From NCBI GenBank assembly GCA_041550555.1, contig JBFEOO010000002.1, positions 1,865 to 65,864 on the forward strand: DNA of 64,000 nucleotides, given 5' to 3'. This document shows, in pieces, positions 1-11,686 of this stretch (position 1 is its first letter; each line of letters begins with the position of its first letter). Under the pieces are notes generated by a model. The model saw only the letters and a program-made list of their open reading frames with translations. It was not told where the DNA came from and ran no database searches. Both the position numbers and the translations under genes were made by a program. This DNA is from Arenicellales bacterium (GTDB lineage Bacteria > Pseudomonadota > Gammaproteobacteria > Arenicellales > JBFEOO01).

Positions 1-105
1 CTCGACCGGATCCCCGGCATCGCGAATGTCCACGAAGCGCACACCCTTGACCACGCGTCCGCGGTCCACATCGAGACAGGGGATGATTCGCTTGGCGAGC
101 GTCAT
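1..105 (-). CDS. hisF: Imidazole glycerol phosphate synthase cyclase subunit HisF, first 35 codons only (gene runs off the window start)
   Basis: The reverse complement of 1-105 reads [35 protein letters not shown], a canonical HisF N-terminus. Its ATG (105-103) overlaps the hisA stop as ATGA. Confidence 0.9.
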   Translation of the reverse strand, partial: MTLAKRIIPCLDVDRGRVVKGVRFVDIRDAGDPVE

Positions 106-872
106 GCGCCTGGACCGCGATCCTCCGCGCCGGCGGACGACCCGAGCTCGTCGGCCAGCTGCTGGCCCGCGGCGAAGTCCAGCGTCCCCTCGTAGAGAGC
201 GCGGCCGGTGATGGCGCCAAGAATGCCTGCCTCGGCCACGGCACACAGCGCGCGGATGTCGTCCAGAGTGTGGATGCCGCCAGCAGCGATGACCGGTATG
301 CGTATCGACGACGCGATCTCGGCGGTGGCCGCGGCATTGACGCCACTCAGCATGCCGTCGCGACCGACGTCCGTATAGATGATTGCCTCCACACCGTCGT
401 CCTCGAAGCGGCGCGCAAGGTCGACGACGTCGTGACCGGACAGCTTGGACCAGCCGTCAACGGCAATGCGGCCGTCCTTGACGTCGAGACCGACGAGTAT
501 GTGGCCCAGGAACTCGGAGCAGACGTCGCTTACGAAATGCGGCTCGTTGACCGCCTTGGTGCCGAGAATAACGAATTGGACACCGGCGTCGAGGTAGGCT
601 TGTATCGTATCCTCGTCGCGGATCCCGCCGCCGACCTGGATCGGAATATCGGGATGTGCTGCCGCAATACGGTGGATCAGCTCCGCATTGACGGGTTCCC
701 CGGTGCGGGCACCGTCGAGATCGACGATGTGCAGCCGTCGCGCTCCCTCGCCGACCCACCGATCCGCCATGGCAACCGGATCGTCCGAGAACACCGTCTC
801 GTCATCCATCCGGCCCTGCCGCAGGCGCACACATTTGCCGTCTTTGATGTCGATCGCCGGAATGAGAAGCAT
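102..872 (-). CDS. hisA: ProFAR isomerase HisA
   Basis: The 256-aa ORF starts [20 protein letters not shown] and contains VGGGIRD and GRALYEG motifs typical of HisA. It sits in his operon context. Confidence 0.95.
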   Translation of the reverse strand: MLLIPAIDIKDGKCVRLRQGRMDDETVFSDDPVAMADRWVGEGARRLHIVDLDGARTGEPVNAELIHRIAAAHPDIPIQVGGGIRDEDTIQAYLDAGVQFVILGTKAVNEPHFVSDVCSEFLGHILVGLDVKDGRIAVDGWSKLSGHDVVDLARRFEDDGVEAIIYTDVGRDGMLSGVNAAATAEIASSIRIPVIAAGGIHTLDDIRALCAVAEAGILGAITGRALYEGTLDFAAGQQLADELGSSAGAEDRGPGA

Positions 873-920
873 GGTGTCACGAAGCTCGTGGGGAAATTCA
901 GCGGCGCGGGGGCGCGACGC

Positions 921-1562
921 TCAGGCGCCGCCGTCCCAGCGCAGGAAGTTCGATAACAGTGTCAAACCTGACCGCTGGCTCTTTTCGGGGTGGAATTGTA
1001 CCGCGAAAACGTTGCCGCGAGCGGCTGCTGACGTAAAGGTGACGCCGTAGTCCGTCTCGGCGGCGATCTCGTCGGGGTCCTCGCCGTCGGCATAGTAGCT
1101 GTGGACGAAGTAAAAGCGGGCGTCGTTCTCTATCTCCCGCCACAGCCGATGTGGGCGCGTCTGACTCACCGTGTTCCACCCCATGTGCGGGATCTTCAGG
1201 AGTGCTCCGCCTCGATCACGTGCGACGCCGAAGTGACGCACGCGACCCCTGAGCACCCCTAGACACGCCGTACCGCCGTCCTCTTCGCTGTACTCATAGA
1301 GCGCCTGCAGCCCCAGACAAATGCCCAACACGGGCCGGCTCAGCAGCACGTCATCGACGGCTTCGCGCAAGGGCGGCTCGCGCAACGCGGCCATCCAGGT
1401 TCCGATGGCGCCCTGACCGGGCAGCACGACACGGCCCGCCGCGCGAATGACGGCGGGATCGCTGCTGACGGAGACGCGCGTGCCCGGCGCCACGTGCTCC
1501 AGCGCCTTGGCGACAGAGCGCAGATTCCCAGTTCCGAAATCGACGACCACAACGCTCGTCAT
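921..1562 (-). CDS. hisH: Imidazole glycerol phosphate synthase glutaminase subunit HisH
   Basis: The 213-aa ORF has VVDFGTGNLRSV, GICLGLQ (catalytic Cys) and FVHSYY motifs. It lies between hisB and hisA. Confidence 0.95.
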   Translation of the reverse strand: MTSVVVVDFGTGNLRSVAKALEHVAPGTRVSVSSDPAVIRAAGRVVLPGQGAIGTWMAALREPPLREAVDDVLLSRPVLGICLGLQALYEYSEEDGGTACLGVLRGRVRHFGVARDRGGALLKIPHMGWNTVSQTRPHRLWREIENDARFYFVHSYYADGEDPDEIAAETDYGVTFTSAAARGNVFAVQFHPEKSQRSGLTLLSNFLRWDGGA

Positions 1563-1637
1563 GGCGACTACCCGTACCGAAAAAGGTGATTCGCTCGAGA
1601 GGTGAAGGTTACGGCGCGCTGCAGTCCCGCCGTGCGT

Positions 1638-2234
1638 CTAGAGGACCCCTTTGGTCGAAGGTACGGTGTCCGCAAGTCGCGGATCGGCGCTGACAGCCAC
1701 GCGCAACGCCCGCCCCCACGCCTTGAAAAGCGTCTCTGCGATATGGTGCGCGTTGCGGCCTCGCAGACAGTCCACGTGCAGGGTCGCCTGCGCGTGGTTG
1801 CAGAACGCTTGGAAGAATTCGCGGATCAGGTCCACGTCGAAACTGCCGATGCGCGCCCGGGGGTAGGTCACGTGGTACTCGAGCGACGGTCGCCCCGACA
1901 GATCGACCACCACGCGGGTCAACGCCTCATCGAGCGGCACGTAGGCGTGCCCGTACCGGCACAAGCCGCGTTTGTCACCCACCGCCTGCGCCAGCGCCTG
2001 GCCGAACGCGATGCCGATGTCCTCCACCGTGTGGTGGGCATCGACATGCAGGTCACCACTTGCCTCGATATCGAGGTCGAATGCGCCATGCCGTGCAACC
2101 TGCTCCAGCATGTGCTCGAGAAACGGCAGCCCCGTCTCGAGGCGGCTGTTGCCGACGCCGTCGATGTCGAGACGAACGCGGATCCGCGTCTCACGCGTGC
2201 TGCGCTCTATCTGTGCGGCTCGCCCCGCCATCAT
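1638..2234 (-). CDS. hisB: Imidazoleglycerol-phosphate dehydratase HisB
   Basis: The ORF contains [28 protein letters not shown] and [12 protein letters not shown]. The track ORF extends to 2360, but its first 42 codons are Arg-rich and non-homologous. The start at MMAGR (2234 or 2231) is inferred. Confidence 0.9.
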   Translation of the reverse strand: MMAGRAAQIERSTRETRIRVRLDIDGVGNSRLETGLPFLEHMLEQVARHGAFDLDIEASGDLHVDAHHTVEDIGIAFGQALAQAVGDKRGLCRYGHAYVPLDEALTRVVVDLSGRPSLEYHVTYPRARIGSFDVDLIREFFQAFCNHAQATLHVDCLRGRNAHHIAETLFKAWGRALRVAVSADPRLADTVPSTKGVL

Positions 2235-2481
2235 CAACCCTGCCTGTTCTCGCGGTGCCCATCGAACGTGCCTCGCCGCACGGCTCCGAGAACGCTTGCG
2301 GCGCATCCGCCGCGCGTACGACGCCTTCCCGTCCGGAAGGTCAAAGCCGGATCGCTGCACTGCTAAATCAGCGGCGACGCTAACTGATCAAAGTATAACA
2401 GCCAACGGTGCTCGGCTCTTGCCGGAAACCCAACCCCCTTCTGCCGCCCGCGCCCCAACGCCAACGGCCGGTGTTCATTCG

Positions 2482-3576
2482 CTATGCGCTCAGCACCGCT
2501 CCGAGGGCGGCCAGGAATGCGTCATTCTCCTCTGCGAGCCCCACCGAGACCCGCAGACACCCTGCCAGGGCCGAGCCGGGCCTGCTCAGGTTCTTCACCA
2601 ACACGCCCCGCTCGCACAGACCGCGGAAAACGGCATCGACGTCCCGTTCTCTGACCCGCAGCAGCAGAAAGTTGGCTCGGCTCGGGTAGACCTCGAGCCC
2701 GTCGAGTCGCGAGAGCTGCCCGAACAGCCGATCGCGCTCGGCGCAGATCGCGCTGGCCTGAGCATTCAGGGCGTCGACGTGCCGTAACGCAACGGCCACA
2801 CTGAGCTGATTGAGCACCCCTATGTTGTAAGGCAGCCGCACTTTGTCGAACTGCTGCACCCAGCCGATCGGCCCGGCAAGCAGACCCACCCGCAGGCCGG
2901 CGAGCCCGATCTTGGAGAGCGTCCGCATCACCACCACGTTCTCGTACTGCCCGACACGCGACAGAAAGCTCTCCTTGGCGTAAGCGTGATACGCCTCGTC
3001 GATCACCACCAGGCCATCGGTCGCCTCGATCACCGCCTCGACAGCGTCGACGTCGAACAGATTACCGGTCGGATTGTTGGGGTAGGTCAGAAAAACGCAG
3101 GCAGGCGTGACCCGTTCAATCGCCTCGAGCATGGCAGGCACATCGAGGCCGAACCGCTCGTCCAGCGGCACTCCCTCGAAGCGTCCTCCGGTCACCGTCG
3201 CCGTCATCTCGTACATGGCGAAAGTCGGCACCGGCGCGAGCACGGCCCTGCCCGGCCCGCCGACAACCAGCTGCACGGTTTGGATCAGCTCGTCGGAGCC
3301 GTTACCGAGCACGACCTCGACATCGCTCGGGATCGACAGGACGTCGCGCAGCGCCTGTTGGAGCGCCGCCGCTGCGGCATCGGGATAGCGGTTGACCTGC
3401 GCGCGGGAGAGAGCCTCCAGCCACTCGCGCCGCATCGCTTCCGGCCAGGGGTAGGGATTTTCCATGGCGTCGAGCTTGATCATGCCGCGCGCGTCCGCGA
3501 CATGATAGGGTTCGAGGCCCCGGATCTCCGGCCGCACCCAGCGCCGGACGCGCCGCGTCGTTCCCGCCTCGCTCAT
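2482..3576 (-). CDS. hisC: Histidinol-phosphate aminotransferase HisC
   Basis: The protein resembles class-II aminotransferases (YPDAAAAAL, NGSDE, TLSKIGLAGLRVG with the PLP lysine). The start was moved to the ATG at 3576, which overlaps the hisD TGA as TGATG. The track ORF to 3696 is an upstream extension. Confidence 0.9.
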   Translation of the reverse strand: MSEAGTTRRVRRWVRPEIRGLEPYHVADARGMIKLDAMENPYPWPEAMRREWLEALSRAQVNRYPDAAAAALQQALRDVLSIPSDVEVVLGNGSDELIQTVQLVVGGPGRAVLAPVPTFAMYEMTATVTGGRFEGVPLDERFGLDVPAMLEAIERVTPACVFLTYPNNPTGNLFDVDAVEAVIEATDGLVVIDEAYHAYAKESFLSRVGQYENVVVMRTLSKIGLAGLRVGLLAGPIGWVQQFDKVRLPYNIGVLNQLSVAVALRHVDALNAQASAICAERDRLFGQLSRLDGLEVYPSRANFLLLRVRERDVDAVFRGLCERGVLVKNLSRPGSALAGCLRVSVGLAEENDAFLAALGAVLSA

Positions 3577-4895
3577 CAGCGCTGCTTGCGCCCGGCCATG
3601 CGAAGCTCCGCGGAGCGCGCGTGAGCGGTAAGCCGCTCGGCACGCGCGAGCACCGACGCGGTTTCCGCCAGGCGGGCTGCTCCCGGTGGCGAGCACATGA
3701 TGATGCTGGTCCGCTTCTGAAAGTCGTAGACGCCGAGCGGCGAGCTGAAGCGCGCCGTGCCCGCCGTGGGCAGCACGTGGTTGGGCCCCGCACAGTAGTC
3801 GCCGAGCACCTCGGCGCTGTGTGCGCCGAGAAATATCGCGCCTGCATGGCGGACCCGCGCCGCCAGCGTTCGCGGATCCGCGACCATCAGCTCGAGGTGC
3901 TCCGGCGCGATACGGTCGGCCACGGCAACGGCCTCATCGAGGTCGCGCACCCGTACCAGCGCGCCGTGATTCTCGAGCGCGGCGCGAACGATCTCGCGAC
4001 GCTCGAGGCTTGGAAGCAAACGCTCGAGCGCCTCGCGCACGGCGCTCAGCAGCCGCGCGCTCGGCGTAAGCAGAATCGACTGGGCCAGCTCGTCGTGCTC
4101 GGCCTGCGCGAACAAATCCATGGCCGCCCATCGCGGATCCGCCGTCTCGTCGCAGATCACCACGACCTCCGACGGTCCAGCGACCATGTCGATGCCGACG
4201 TGCCCGAAGACGAGCCGCTTGGCAACGGCGACGAAAATGTTGCCGGGACCGACGATCTTGTCCACGCGCGGCACCGTCTGCGTTCCGAAGGCAAGGGCCG
4301 CAACCGCCTGGGCGCCGCCGATCGTGAACACGCGGTCCACGCCTGCAACGTGCGCCGCTGCCAGCACCAGCGGATTGACGTCGCCTTCCGGGGCGGGCAC
4401 GACCATCACGACTTCGCCGACCCCCGCCACCTTGGCCGGTATCGCCGTCATGAGCACGGACGACGGGTAGGCGGCCCGCCCGCCGGGCACGTACAGTCCC
4501 ACACGCTCGAGCGGCGTAATCGTCTGTCCGAGCACATTGTCGTCGTCGTCCCGGTACTCCCACGACTGCTCCCGCTGTCGCTCGTGGAACGCCCTGATCC
4601 GTCCGGCTGCGATCTCGAGCGCGCTGCGCTCGTGGGAAGGCAAGGCGCCCAGCGCGGCGCTCAGCCGCTCGGCCCCCAGCTCGAGGTCACTGAGCCGCTC
4701 CGCGGCGAGACCGTCGAAGCGGCGAGAGTAGCTCAGCACGGCCTGATCCCCGTCGCGGCGCACCGCCTCGATGATGGCCCGCACCGCCGACTCGACCTCC
4801 GCCCCTGTCTCGCTCGATCGCTCCAGCAGCGCCGTCAGCGCCGCCTCGAAGCCGGGTCGGCTCGTGTCCAGCTCGGTTACCTTCAACGTCGCCAT
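3576..4895 (-). CDS. hisD: Histidinol dehydrogenase HisD
   Basis: The protein shows HisD-like sequence ([36 protein letters not shown]). The start is at [10 protein letters not shown] (4895), 8 nt after the hisG stop. The 501-aa track ORF includes a non-coding-looking extension. Confidence 0.9.
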   Translation of the reverse strand: MATLKVTELDTSRPGFEAALTALLERSSETGAEVESAVRAIIEAVRRDGDQAVLSYSRRFDGLAAERLSDLELGAERLSAALGALPSHERSALEIAAGRIRAFHERQREQSWEYRDDDDNVLGQTITPLERVGLYVPGGRAAYPSSVLMTAIPAKVAGVGEVVMVVPAPEGDVNPLVLAAAHVAGVDRVFTIGGAQAVAALAFGTQTVPRVDKIVGPGNIFVAVAKRLVFGHVGIDMVAGPSEVVVICDETADPRWAAMDLFAQAEHDELAQSILLTPSARLLSAVREALERLLPSLERREIVRAALENHGALVRVRDLDEAVAVADRIAPEHLELMVADPRTLAARVRHAGAIFLGAHSAEVLGDYCAGPNHVLPTAGTARFSSPLGVYDFQKRTSIIMCSPPGAARLAETASVLARAERLTAHARSAELRMAGRKQR

Positions 4896-4902
4896 CTGTC
4901 CC

Positions 4903-5547
4903 TCAGTGGACCCCGCGTTCGATGCGGTCGATAAGATGTCGCATCTGCGGCTGCTTGGTGCGCATCGCCGCGATGTTGGCCACCAGTCGTGCGCTGATGT
5001 GCGCGATGTGCTCGACCTCCACCAGGGCGTTGGCAGCGAGCGTCTGGCCCGTGCTAACGAGGTCGACGATACGGTCCGCAAGCCCCGACAGGGGCGCGAG
5101 CTCCATCGAGCCGTACAGCTTGATCACCTCGGTCTGAATCCCTTTGCTCGCGAAATGGCGCCGCGTCGTATGCGGGTATTTGGTGGCGATGCGCAAACGC
5201 GTCCAGCGGCTGGGATCGTCCGCCAGCGCCAACTCGCGCGGCTCGGCCACCACCATGCGGCAGCGTGCGATAGCGAGGTCGATCAGCTCGTAGAGCTCCG
5301 TCCCACCGTGCTCCATGAGGACATCCTTGCCCACCACGCCGAGATCGGCCGCTCCGAATTGAACGTAGGTGGGGACGTCGGCCGCCCGCACGATGACCAG
5401 CCTCACCGCTGCATCGCTCGACGGCAGGATCAGCTTGCGCGTGACGAGCGGATCCTCCAGGGGAACGATGCCGGCCTGGGCGAGCACCGGCAGGGCTTCC
5501 TCGAGGGTTCGCCCTTTCGACACGGCGATGGTCAGTGCGTTGGACAC
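4903..5547 (-). CDS. hisG: ATP phosphoribosyltransferase, short form (HisG-S)
   Basis: The 214-aa ORF starts [18 protein letters not shown] and has LVSTGQTL. Its length indicates the short HisZ-dependent form. It is the first gene of the his operon. Confidence 0.9.
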   Translation of the reverse strand: MSNALTIAVSKGRTLEEALPVLAQAGIVPLEDPLVTRKLILPSSDAAVRLVIVRAADVPTYVQFGAADLGVVGKDVLMEHGGTELYELIDLAIARCRMVVAEPRELALADDPSRWTRLRIATKYPHTTRRHFASKGIQTEVIKLYGSMELAPLSGLADRIVDLVSTGQTLAANALVEVEHIAHISARLVANIAAMRTKQPQMRHLIDRIERGVH

Positions 5548-5673
5548 GCTGTCACCCTCGGCGTACGGCCGGTCGCCTCGTCAGGGGCGCAGCCGGCGAG
5601 TCGGGACCGTCGGGCGGCACCCGGCGGCGCCCGGTGGGCGCCCGCTTCACCACCGTCGGCTGCGTCGTGCGAC

Positions 5674-6975
<1,302 letters not shown>

Positions 6976-7493
6976 CTAAAGCGGTGAAGGTGGCGTGCAG
7001 ATCGTGTCGCTGTGGCCATCACCAGCGTGATGCGGAAAGGCCGGGGCGTGGCGGCGGGGCATGGTGTGGCGTTCTCCCGCCCATCGCCGCACGAGTCTCG
7101 CTGTCCACGACATCGCACGGTGGTTCCCGATCCCGCGTCCCGCAACCATGGCCGCTCAGCTGTACCTTGCCGACCGCCACACGCGTTCGCCAGCGGGGGA
7201 CGTTCGTGCGCAACGGGTAGCTCGGGGCCGGCAGCGGCGGATTATAAACGAAGGACACCCGGCGTGCAGAGAAGGCCGAGCAGTATGCGACCGCGATCAA
7301 CACGCCACCGGCAGGCCATCGCGGACAGGGGCGACGCCGAACATCCGCCGCGACCCGAGCGGCGCCGCCGGCCACTGCCACCAGCGCGCCGCCCAGGAAG
7401 GCGCGGGGCGGCACACGAATGAACGGCCCCGCTCGGCCGGTCACAGTCGGGGGACTCGCCGGGGGCGCCGCCGGCGATGGGAGACCTCGGCGC

Positions 7494-7805
7494 TTAGCTT
7501 GCCCCGCCGAGCAGCTTCTGCAGCTCCCCGTTCTGGTACATCTCCATCACGATGTCACTGCCGCCGATGAACTCGCCTTTGATGTAGAGCTGAGGAATGG
7601 TCGGCCAGTTGGAGTACTGTTTGATACCCTCGCGGATCTGCGGATCCGCCAACACGTCCACCGCGGCAAACTTGCTGCCGCAGGCCTGCAAGACCTGAAC
7701 GGTCCGTCCCGAGAAGCCGCACTGCGGAAACTGGGGCGTTCCCTTCATGAACAGGATCACCTCGTTGTTCTCGATGGCTTCCTTGATAGTCTCTTGCACA
7801 TTCAT
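7494..7805 (-). CDS. grxD: Monothiol glutaredoxin (Grx4 family)
   Basis: The CGFS active site (PQCGFSGR) and WPTIPQLYIKGEFIGGSDI are present. The start was moved to MNVQETIKE (7805), with GAGAGG 8 nt upstream. Confidence 0.9.
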   Translation of the reverse strand: MNVQETIKEAIENNEVILFMKGTPQFPQCGFSGRTVQVLQACGSKFAAVDVLADPQIREGIKQYSNWPTIPQLYIKGEFIGGSDIVMEMYQNGELQKLLGGAS

Positions 7806-7868
7806 TGTCGAAACCTCTCTGGTTAACTCCCGAAGCACCGCTGCGGACGCGCTCCCGGCCAGGCGTCG

Positions 7869-8114
7869 CTATGCCGCCTGCTCGCGGGCCCACTGCTCCG
7901 GTGTCAGCGTGCGCATGGACAGGGCGTGGATTTCGCCCTTCATTCGGTCACCGAGCGCGTCATAGACCATGCGATGCTGAGCAATCATGGTCTTTCCGGC
8001 AAATCCTTCACAGACGACCACCGCGGAGAAATGCGTTCCGTCCCCTTGAATTTCAACCCGGGAATTCTCAAGGTTTTGTTCGATCCAGCGCTTGATGTCC
8101 TGTGGGTCGACCAC
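7869..8114 (-). CDS. ibaG: BolA family protein (IbaG/YrbA-like)
   Basis: The 81-aa ORF contains FSAVVVCEGFAGKTMIAQHRMVY and IHALSMRT, a BolA fold signature. It has a GTG start preceded by AGGAGG. Its position between mlaB and murA matches ibaG in E. coli and Pseudomonas. Confidence 0.85.
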   Translation of the reverse strand: MVDPQDIKRWIEQNLENSRVEIQGDGTHFSAVVVCEGFAGKTMIAQHRMVYDALGDRMKGEIHALSMRTLTPEQWAREQAA

Positions 8115-8397
8115 GTCGGCCTCCTGCGTCGGTAGCTGATTCGATGACAGCAGATTCTATCGTCGAAGGCAACATCGACCCATGTCCCGGGGCGAAGCCC
8201 GGGCCAGCTCGGCCGGCGAGCGTAGAGCGCTAGCGCTGCGGGCGCGCGCCCCGCGCAACCCGCCGCCCCTCTGCGCGGGAGCGCGCGCCGCCGGGGCCTC
8301 CGCGAGAGCCGGCCCGTGGGAATCCTGCGTCTCGAGCGCCTGCGCGCGTCGGCGCCGCGCACGTCTCTGCGGCCGCGCGCCCGTGACCGCTGCCGGC

Positions 8398-8703
8398 TTA
8401 TGCCTCCGCGACAGAGAACAGGTGCGCCACACCGATGACCTTGATCAGGGCGCGCAGCTGCTCCGGCATGCCGACGAACTCGATGCGCCCGCCCGCCAGG
8501 CGTGCCGTGCGCTGCCACTCCAACATCAGCGCGAGGCCAGCGCTGTCGGCACGGGTCACGTGTTGAAGATCGATGCGCAGCCGCCCATCGTCGGCCAGCG
8601 GCGCCGACTCTCGGCGATAGAGCGTCGCCACCGTGGCGAAGGTCAGAGGCCCGCGGATCTCCAAGTGTCCCGGAGCGAGTCGGGTCACGCTGGGCGGTTG
8701 CAT
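8398..8703 (-). CDS. mlaB: STAS-domain phospholipid transport protein MlaB
   Basis: The 101-aa ORF has STAS-like sequence (DLQHVTRADSAGLALMLEW). It is the last gene of the mla operon. Confidence 0.75.
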   Translation of the reverse strand: MQPPSVTRLAPGHLEIRGPLTFATVATLYRRESAPLADDGRLRIDLQHVTRADSAGLALMLEWQRTARLAGGRIEFVGMPEQLRALIKVIGVAHLFSVAEA

Positions 8704-8770
8704 GTTCGCCCTAGAGGCGTCGCCGCGTCGGCGTCGCGCGTTTGCTTGAGCGGACGATCGCCCCCGCCGC

Positions 8771-9379
8771 TCATTGCGGCTGCTGGTTCTTCTCGGCGAG
8801 CGAGTCGATCAGTGCCTGCATACCCTGGCTTTGCACGACGCGCGAGTAGCTGGCCCGATAGTTCGTCACCAGGCTCACGTTGTCCACCGTGATGTCGTAG
8901 ACCTTCCAATGGTCGTCGTTCAGCGCCAGCCGGTAATGCATAGGTACCGCGGGCCCTGAGCCCGCGACGATCTCCGTTCTGACCAGGGCGCGATCGCCCT
9001 TGTCGTTGATCTGTACCGCCTTGTAGCGTATGGGCTGGCCCGTGTACTCGAACAACGCCGTCGCATAGGTGCGCACCAGCAGCGTGCGGAATTCGTCGAC
9101 GAAGCGCACCTGCTGGGCTTCACTGGCGTCGGACCAGTAGCGACCCAATACGAGACGGGACATGCGCTCGAAGTCGAAGTGCGGCAGCACCAGCTCATCG
9201 ACCAGTGCGTACAGGCGCATGTGGTCCTGCTCGAGCGCTGCCCGCTCAGCGGTGAAGCGCTGCAAGACCTTATCGGTGGTGTCGCGAACGAGCGCGTCCG
9301 GTGCCAAACCTGCGCCGGCCGTAGCGCTGCCGCCCAACGCGGTCACCAACATCGCCGTCAACGCCAACAATCGCTTCAT
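8771..9379 (-). CDS. mlaC: Periplasmic phospholipid-binding protein MlaC (Ttg2D family)
   Basis: The protein has a signal peptide (MKRLLALTAMLVTALGGSATA) and the Ttg2D-like core FDFERMSRLVLGRYW. Its ATG overlaps the mlaD stop as ATGA. Confidence 0.9.
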   Translation of the reverse strand: MKRLLALTAMLVTALGGSATAGAGLAPDALVRDTTDKVLQRFTAERAALEQDHMRLYALVDELVLPHFDFERMSRLVLGRYWSDASEAQQVRFVDEFRTLLVRTYATALFEYTGQPIRYKAVQINDKGDRALVRTEIVAGSGPAVPMHYRLALNDDHWKVYDITVDNVSLVTNYRASYSRVVQSQGMQALIDSLAEKNQQPQ

Positions 9380-9843
9380 TGCCCGCCACCCTCGCTTTGG
9401 CTGAATATGAGCTGCCCGATCAACTGCTCGAGAACGACCGCCGACTGCGTCAGGTCGAACTCGTCTCCGTCGTGGAGGAACTCGTCACTGCCGCCAGGCT
9501 CGAGTCCGACGTACTGAGCGCCGAGCAGCCCCGCCGTGAGAATCGACGCCGCCGTGTCGCGCGGAATATTGTCGAACTCCTTCTCGATCCTCATCGCCAC
9601 GACGGCGTTGAAATCGTCGGGGTCGACGTGAATGCCCGTCACGCGTCCGATGCGCACGCCCGCCATGGTGACGGGGGCCTTCACGTTGAGGCCGCCGACA
9701 TTAACGAACCGGCCGTAGACGGTGTAGCCTCCCTGAATCTCGGTGGTGTTGAGATTGCCGATCCTCAGTGCCAGCATCCCCAAGGCCAGTATGCCCGCGA
9801 GAACGAACAGGCCGACAGCCATTTCGATCGCCTTGCTCTGCAT
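9376..9843 (-). CDS. mlaD: MCE-domain protein MlaD
   Basis: The 155-aa ORF has an N-terminal TM helix followed by an MCE domain (VTMAGVRIGRVTGI). Confidence 0.9.
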   Translation of the reverse strand: MQSKAIEMAVGLFVLAGILALGMLALRIGNLNTTEIQGGYTVYGRFVNVGGLNVKAPVTMAGVRIGRVTGIHVDPDDFNAVVAMRIEKEFDNIPRDTAASILTAGLLGAQYVGLEPGGSDEFLHDGDEFDLTQSAVVLEQLIGQLIFSQSEGGGQ

Positions 9844-9847
9844 TGGT

Positions 9848-10627
9848 TCAGACTTCTCCGAACATTAGCGCCGTCAAAAGATAATCCAGGCCGAGCACCG
9901 CCAGCGATGCCGTCACCACGGTGCGGGTGGTCGCACGACTGACACCCTCGGCCGTCGGTGTCGCGTCGTAGCCTTCGAACACGGCGATCCAGGTCACGGC
10001 GAAACCGAACACCACGCTCTTTATAACACCGTTCAGTATGTCATCGTAGACGTCCACACCCTCCTGCATGGACGACCAGTACACGCCGGCGTCGACGCCG
10101 AGCTGCACGACACCGACGAAGTGCCCCCCGAATACCCCTATCACCGTAAACATTGCAGCCAGCAGCGGCAGGGCGATGATACCGGCGATGAATCGCGGCG
10201 CAACGACGCGCGCCACGGGATCGACCGCCATCATCTCCATGGCGGCGAGCTGCTCTGTCGCCTTCATCAGACCGATCTCGGCGGTCAGCGCAGAGCCTGC
10301 CCGCCCCGCGAAGAGCAACGCCGAGAGCACCGGCCCCAGCTCCCGGGTCAGCGTCAGCGCGACCACCAGGCCGAGCTGCGACTCGGCGCCGAAATCGACC
10401 AGCGTGTAGTAGCCCTGCAGGCCCAGCACCATTCCGACGAACAGTCCCGCCACGACGATGATCAGCAACGTCAACACGCCCACCGCGTAGACCTGCTGAA
10501 CCACCAACCCAAACCGCCGCAGGGCAAGGCTCGCGCTCGTCAGCGTGGCATAGAGGAACAGCCCGGCGCGACCTAGACCCGCAACTGCAGCGATACACCA
10601 AGCGCCGAGCGCTTGAACGCCCGTCAC
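9848..10627 (-). CDS. mlaE: ABC transporter permease MlaE
   Basis: The 259-aa polytopic membrane protein contains LTRELGPVLSALLFAGRAGSALTAEIG, the MlaE signature. Its GTG start overlaps the mlaF stop as GTGA. Confidence 0.9.
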   Translation of the reverse strand: MTGVQALGAWCIAAVAGLGRAGLFLYATLTSASLALRRFGLVVQQVYAVGVLTLLIIVVAGLFVGMVLGLQGYYTLVDFGAESQLGLVVALTLTRELGPVLSALLFAGRAGSALTAEIGLMKATEQLAAMEMMAVDPVARVVAPRFIAGIIALPLLAAMFTVIGVFGGHFVGVVQLGVDAGVYWSSMQEGVDVYDDILNGVIKSVVFGFAVTWIAVFEGYDATPTAEGVSRATTRTVVTASLAVLGLDYLLTALMFGEV

Positions 10628-11454
10628 GATGGGGGGCCCTGCAGCAGATCCTCGAAGAACGGCTTCGCGGGGTAGTGGAACGGTACCGGTCCGTCCGGCA
10701 GCCCGTCCATGAACTGACGCACCTGCGGCTCAGTGCTCGCCAGCAGCTCCGCGGGGCTGCCTTGAGCGATAACGCGGCCGCCCCCGAGCAGATAGACGTG
10801 CTCGGCGATGCTGCACCCCTCGGCAACATCGTGGGTGACGACGATCGACGTCAGTCCGAGCGCGTCGTTGAGCTCACGCACGAGCTTTGCGATGACACCC
10901 ATCGAGATCGGATCGAGCCCGGTGAACGGCTCGTCGTACATGACCAAGGCAGGATCCAGCGCGATCGCCCGCGCCAGCGCCACTCGGCGAGCCATCCCCC
11001 CCGAGAGCTGTGCCGGCATCAGATTACTGGCGCCGCGCAGCCCCACGAGCTCGAGCTTCATGAGCACCAGATGGCGGATCAGCGCATCGGGCATGTCCGT
11101 GTTTTCCCGAATCGGGAAAGCGACATTGTCGAAGACGCTCAGATCCGTCAGCAGCGCGCTAGTCTGGAACATCATGCCCATGCGCCGGCGCAGCGCGTAG
11201 AGCGCGCCTTGGCGCAGCTTGCCCACGACGGCGCCGTCGAATGACACCTCGCCGCCATCGGGCTTAAGCCGCCCCCCGATGAGGTTGAGCAGGGTGGACT
11301 TGCCGCACCCGCTGGGGCCCATCACCGCGGTGACCTTGCCGCGGGGAATGACCAGATCGAGACCCTCGTAGACCATGCGTGACCTGAACGAGAAGCGAAC
11401 GTTGCTCACCTCGATCAGATTGTCGGCGGAGGCCGGACGGCTGGGTGCGTTCAA
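10624..11454 (-). CDS. mlaF: ABC transporter ATP-binding protein MlaF
   Basis: Walker A (GPSGCGKST), the LSGGMARRVALARA signature and Walker B (MYDEPFTGLD) are present. The track ORF starts at 11559, but homology begins near LIEVSNVRF. A TTG at 11454 is proposed, and the start remains uncertain. Confidence 0.85.
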   Translation of the reverse strand: MNAPSRPASADNLIEVSNVRFSFRSRMVYEGLDLVIPRGKVTAVMGPSGCGKSTLLNLIGGRLKPDGGEVSFDGAVVGKLRQGALYALRRRMGMMFQTSALLTDLSVFDNVAFPIRENTDMPDALIRHLVLMKLELVGLRGASNLMPAQLSGGMARRVALARAIALDPALVMYDEPFTGLDPISMGVIAKLVRELNDALGLTSIVVTHDVAEGCSIAEHVYLLGGGRVIAQGSPAELLASTEPQVRQFMDGLPDGPVPFHYPAKPFFEDLLQGPPS

Positions 11455-11686
11455 GGAACTAGCTGTGCGATCGCGAGGACGCGCGATTCTAGCAGAGTTG
11501 CACGGCTGCGCCAGTGCCGCCTTCGCGCCGAGGGACGGCCGGCCACGACGGCACTGCACGACCGAGCGGCGCGCACCGCTACCGGCGATGTCACATCACC
11601 GGCACCGGCTTGCAGCGCAAGGGCTGCGTCACACTCCGCGCTCGGCCACTCCGCATCCGCCGCGCGTCGGCGCGGCCTTGGCTTCG

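Noticed and set aside
7371-7377. GCCACTG, reminiscent of the cobalamin-riboswitch B12-box core
   Set aside because: None of the other conserved cobalamin-riboswitch elements (AGGGAA, GGTG..AATCC) are nearby, and the downstream genes are unrelated to B12.
8157-8397. Extremely GC-rich 240-bp spacer between mlaB and ibaG with a CCCGGG-GCGAAG-CCCGGG hairpin
   Set aside because: The hairpin is short, lacks a U-tract and lies about 200 nt from the mlaB stop. The ORFs across the spacer are Arg/Ala low complexity. There is nothing I can support.
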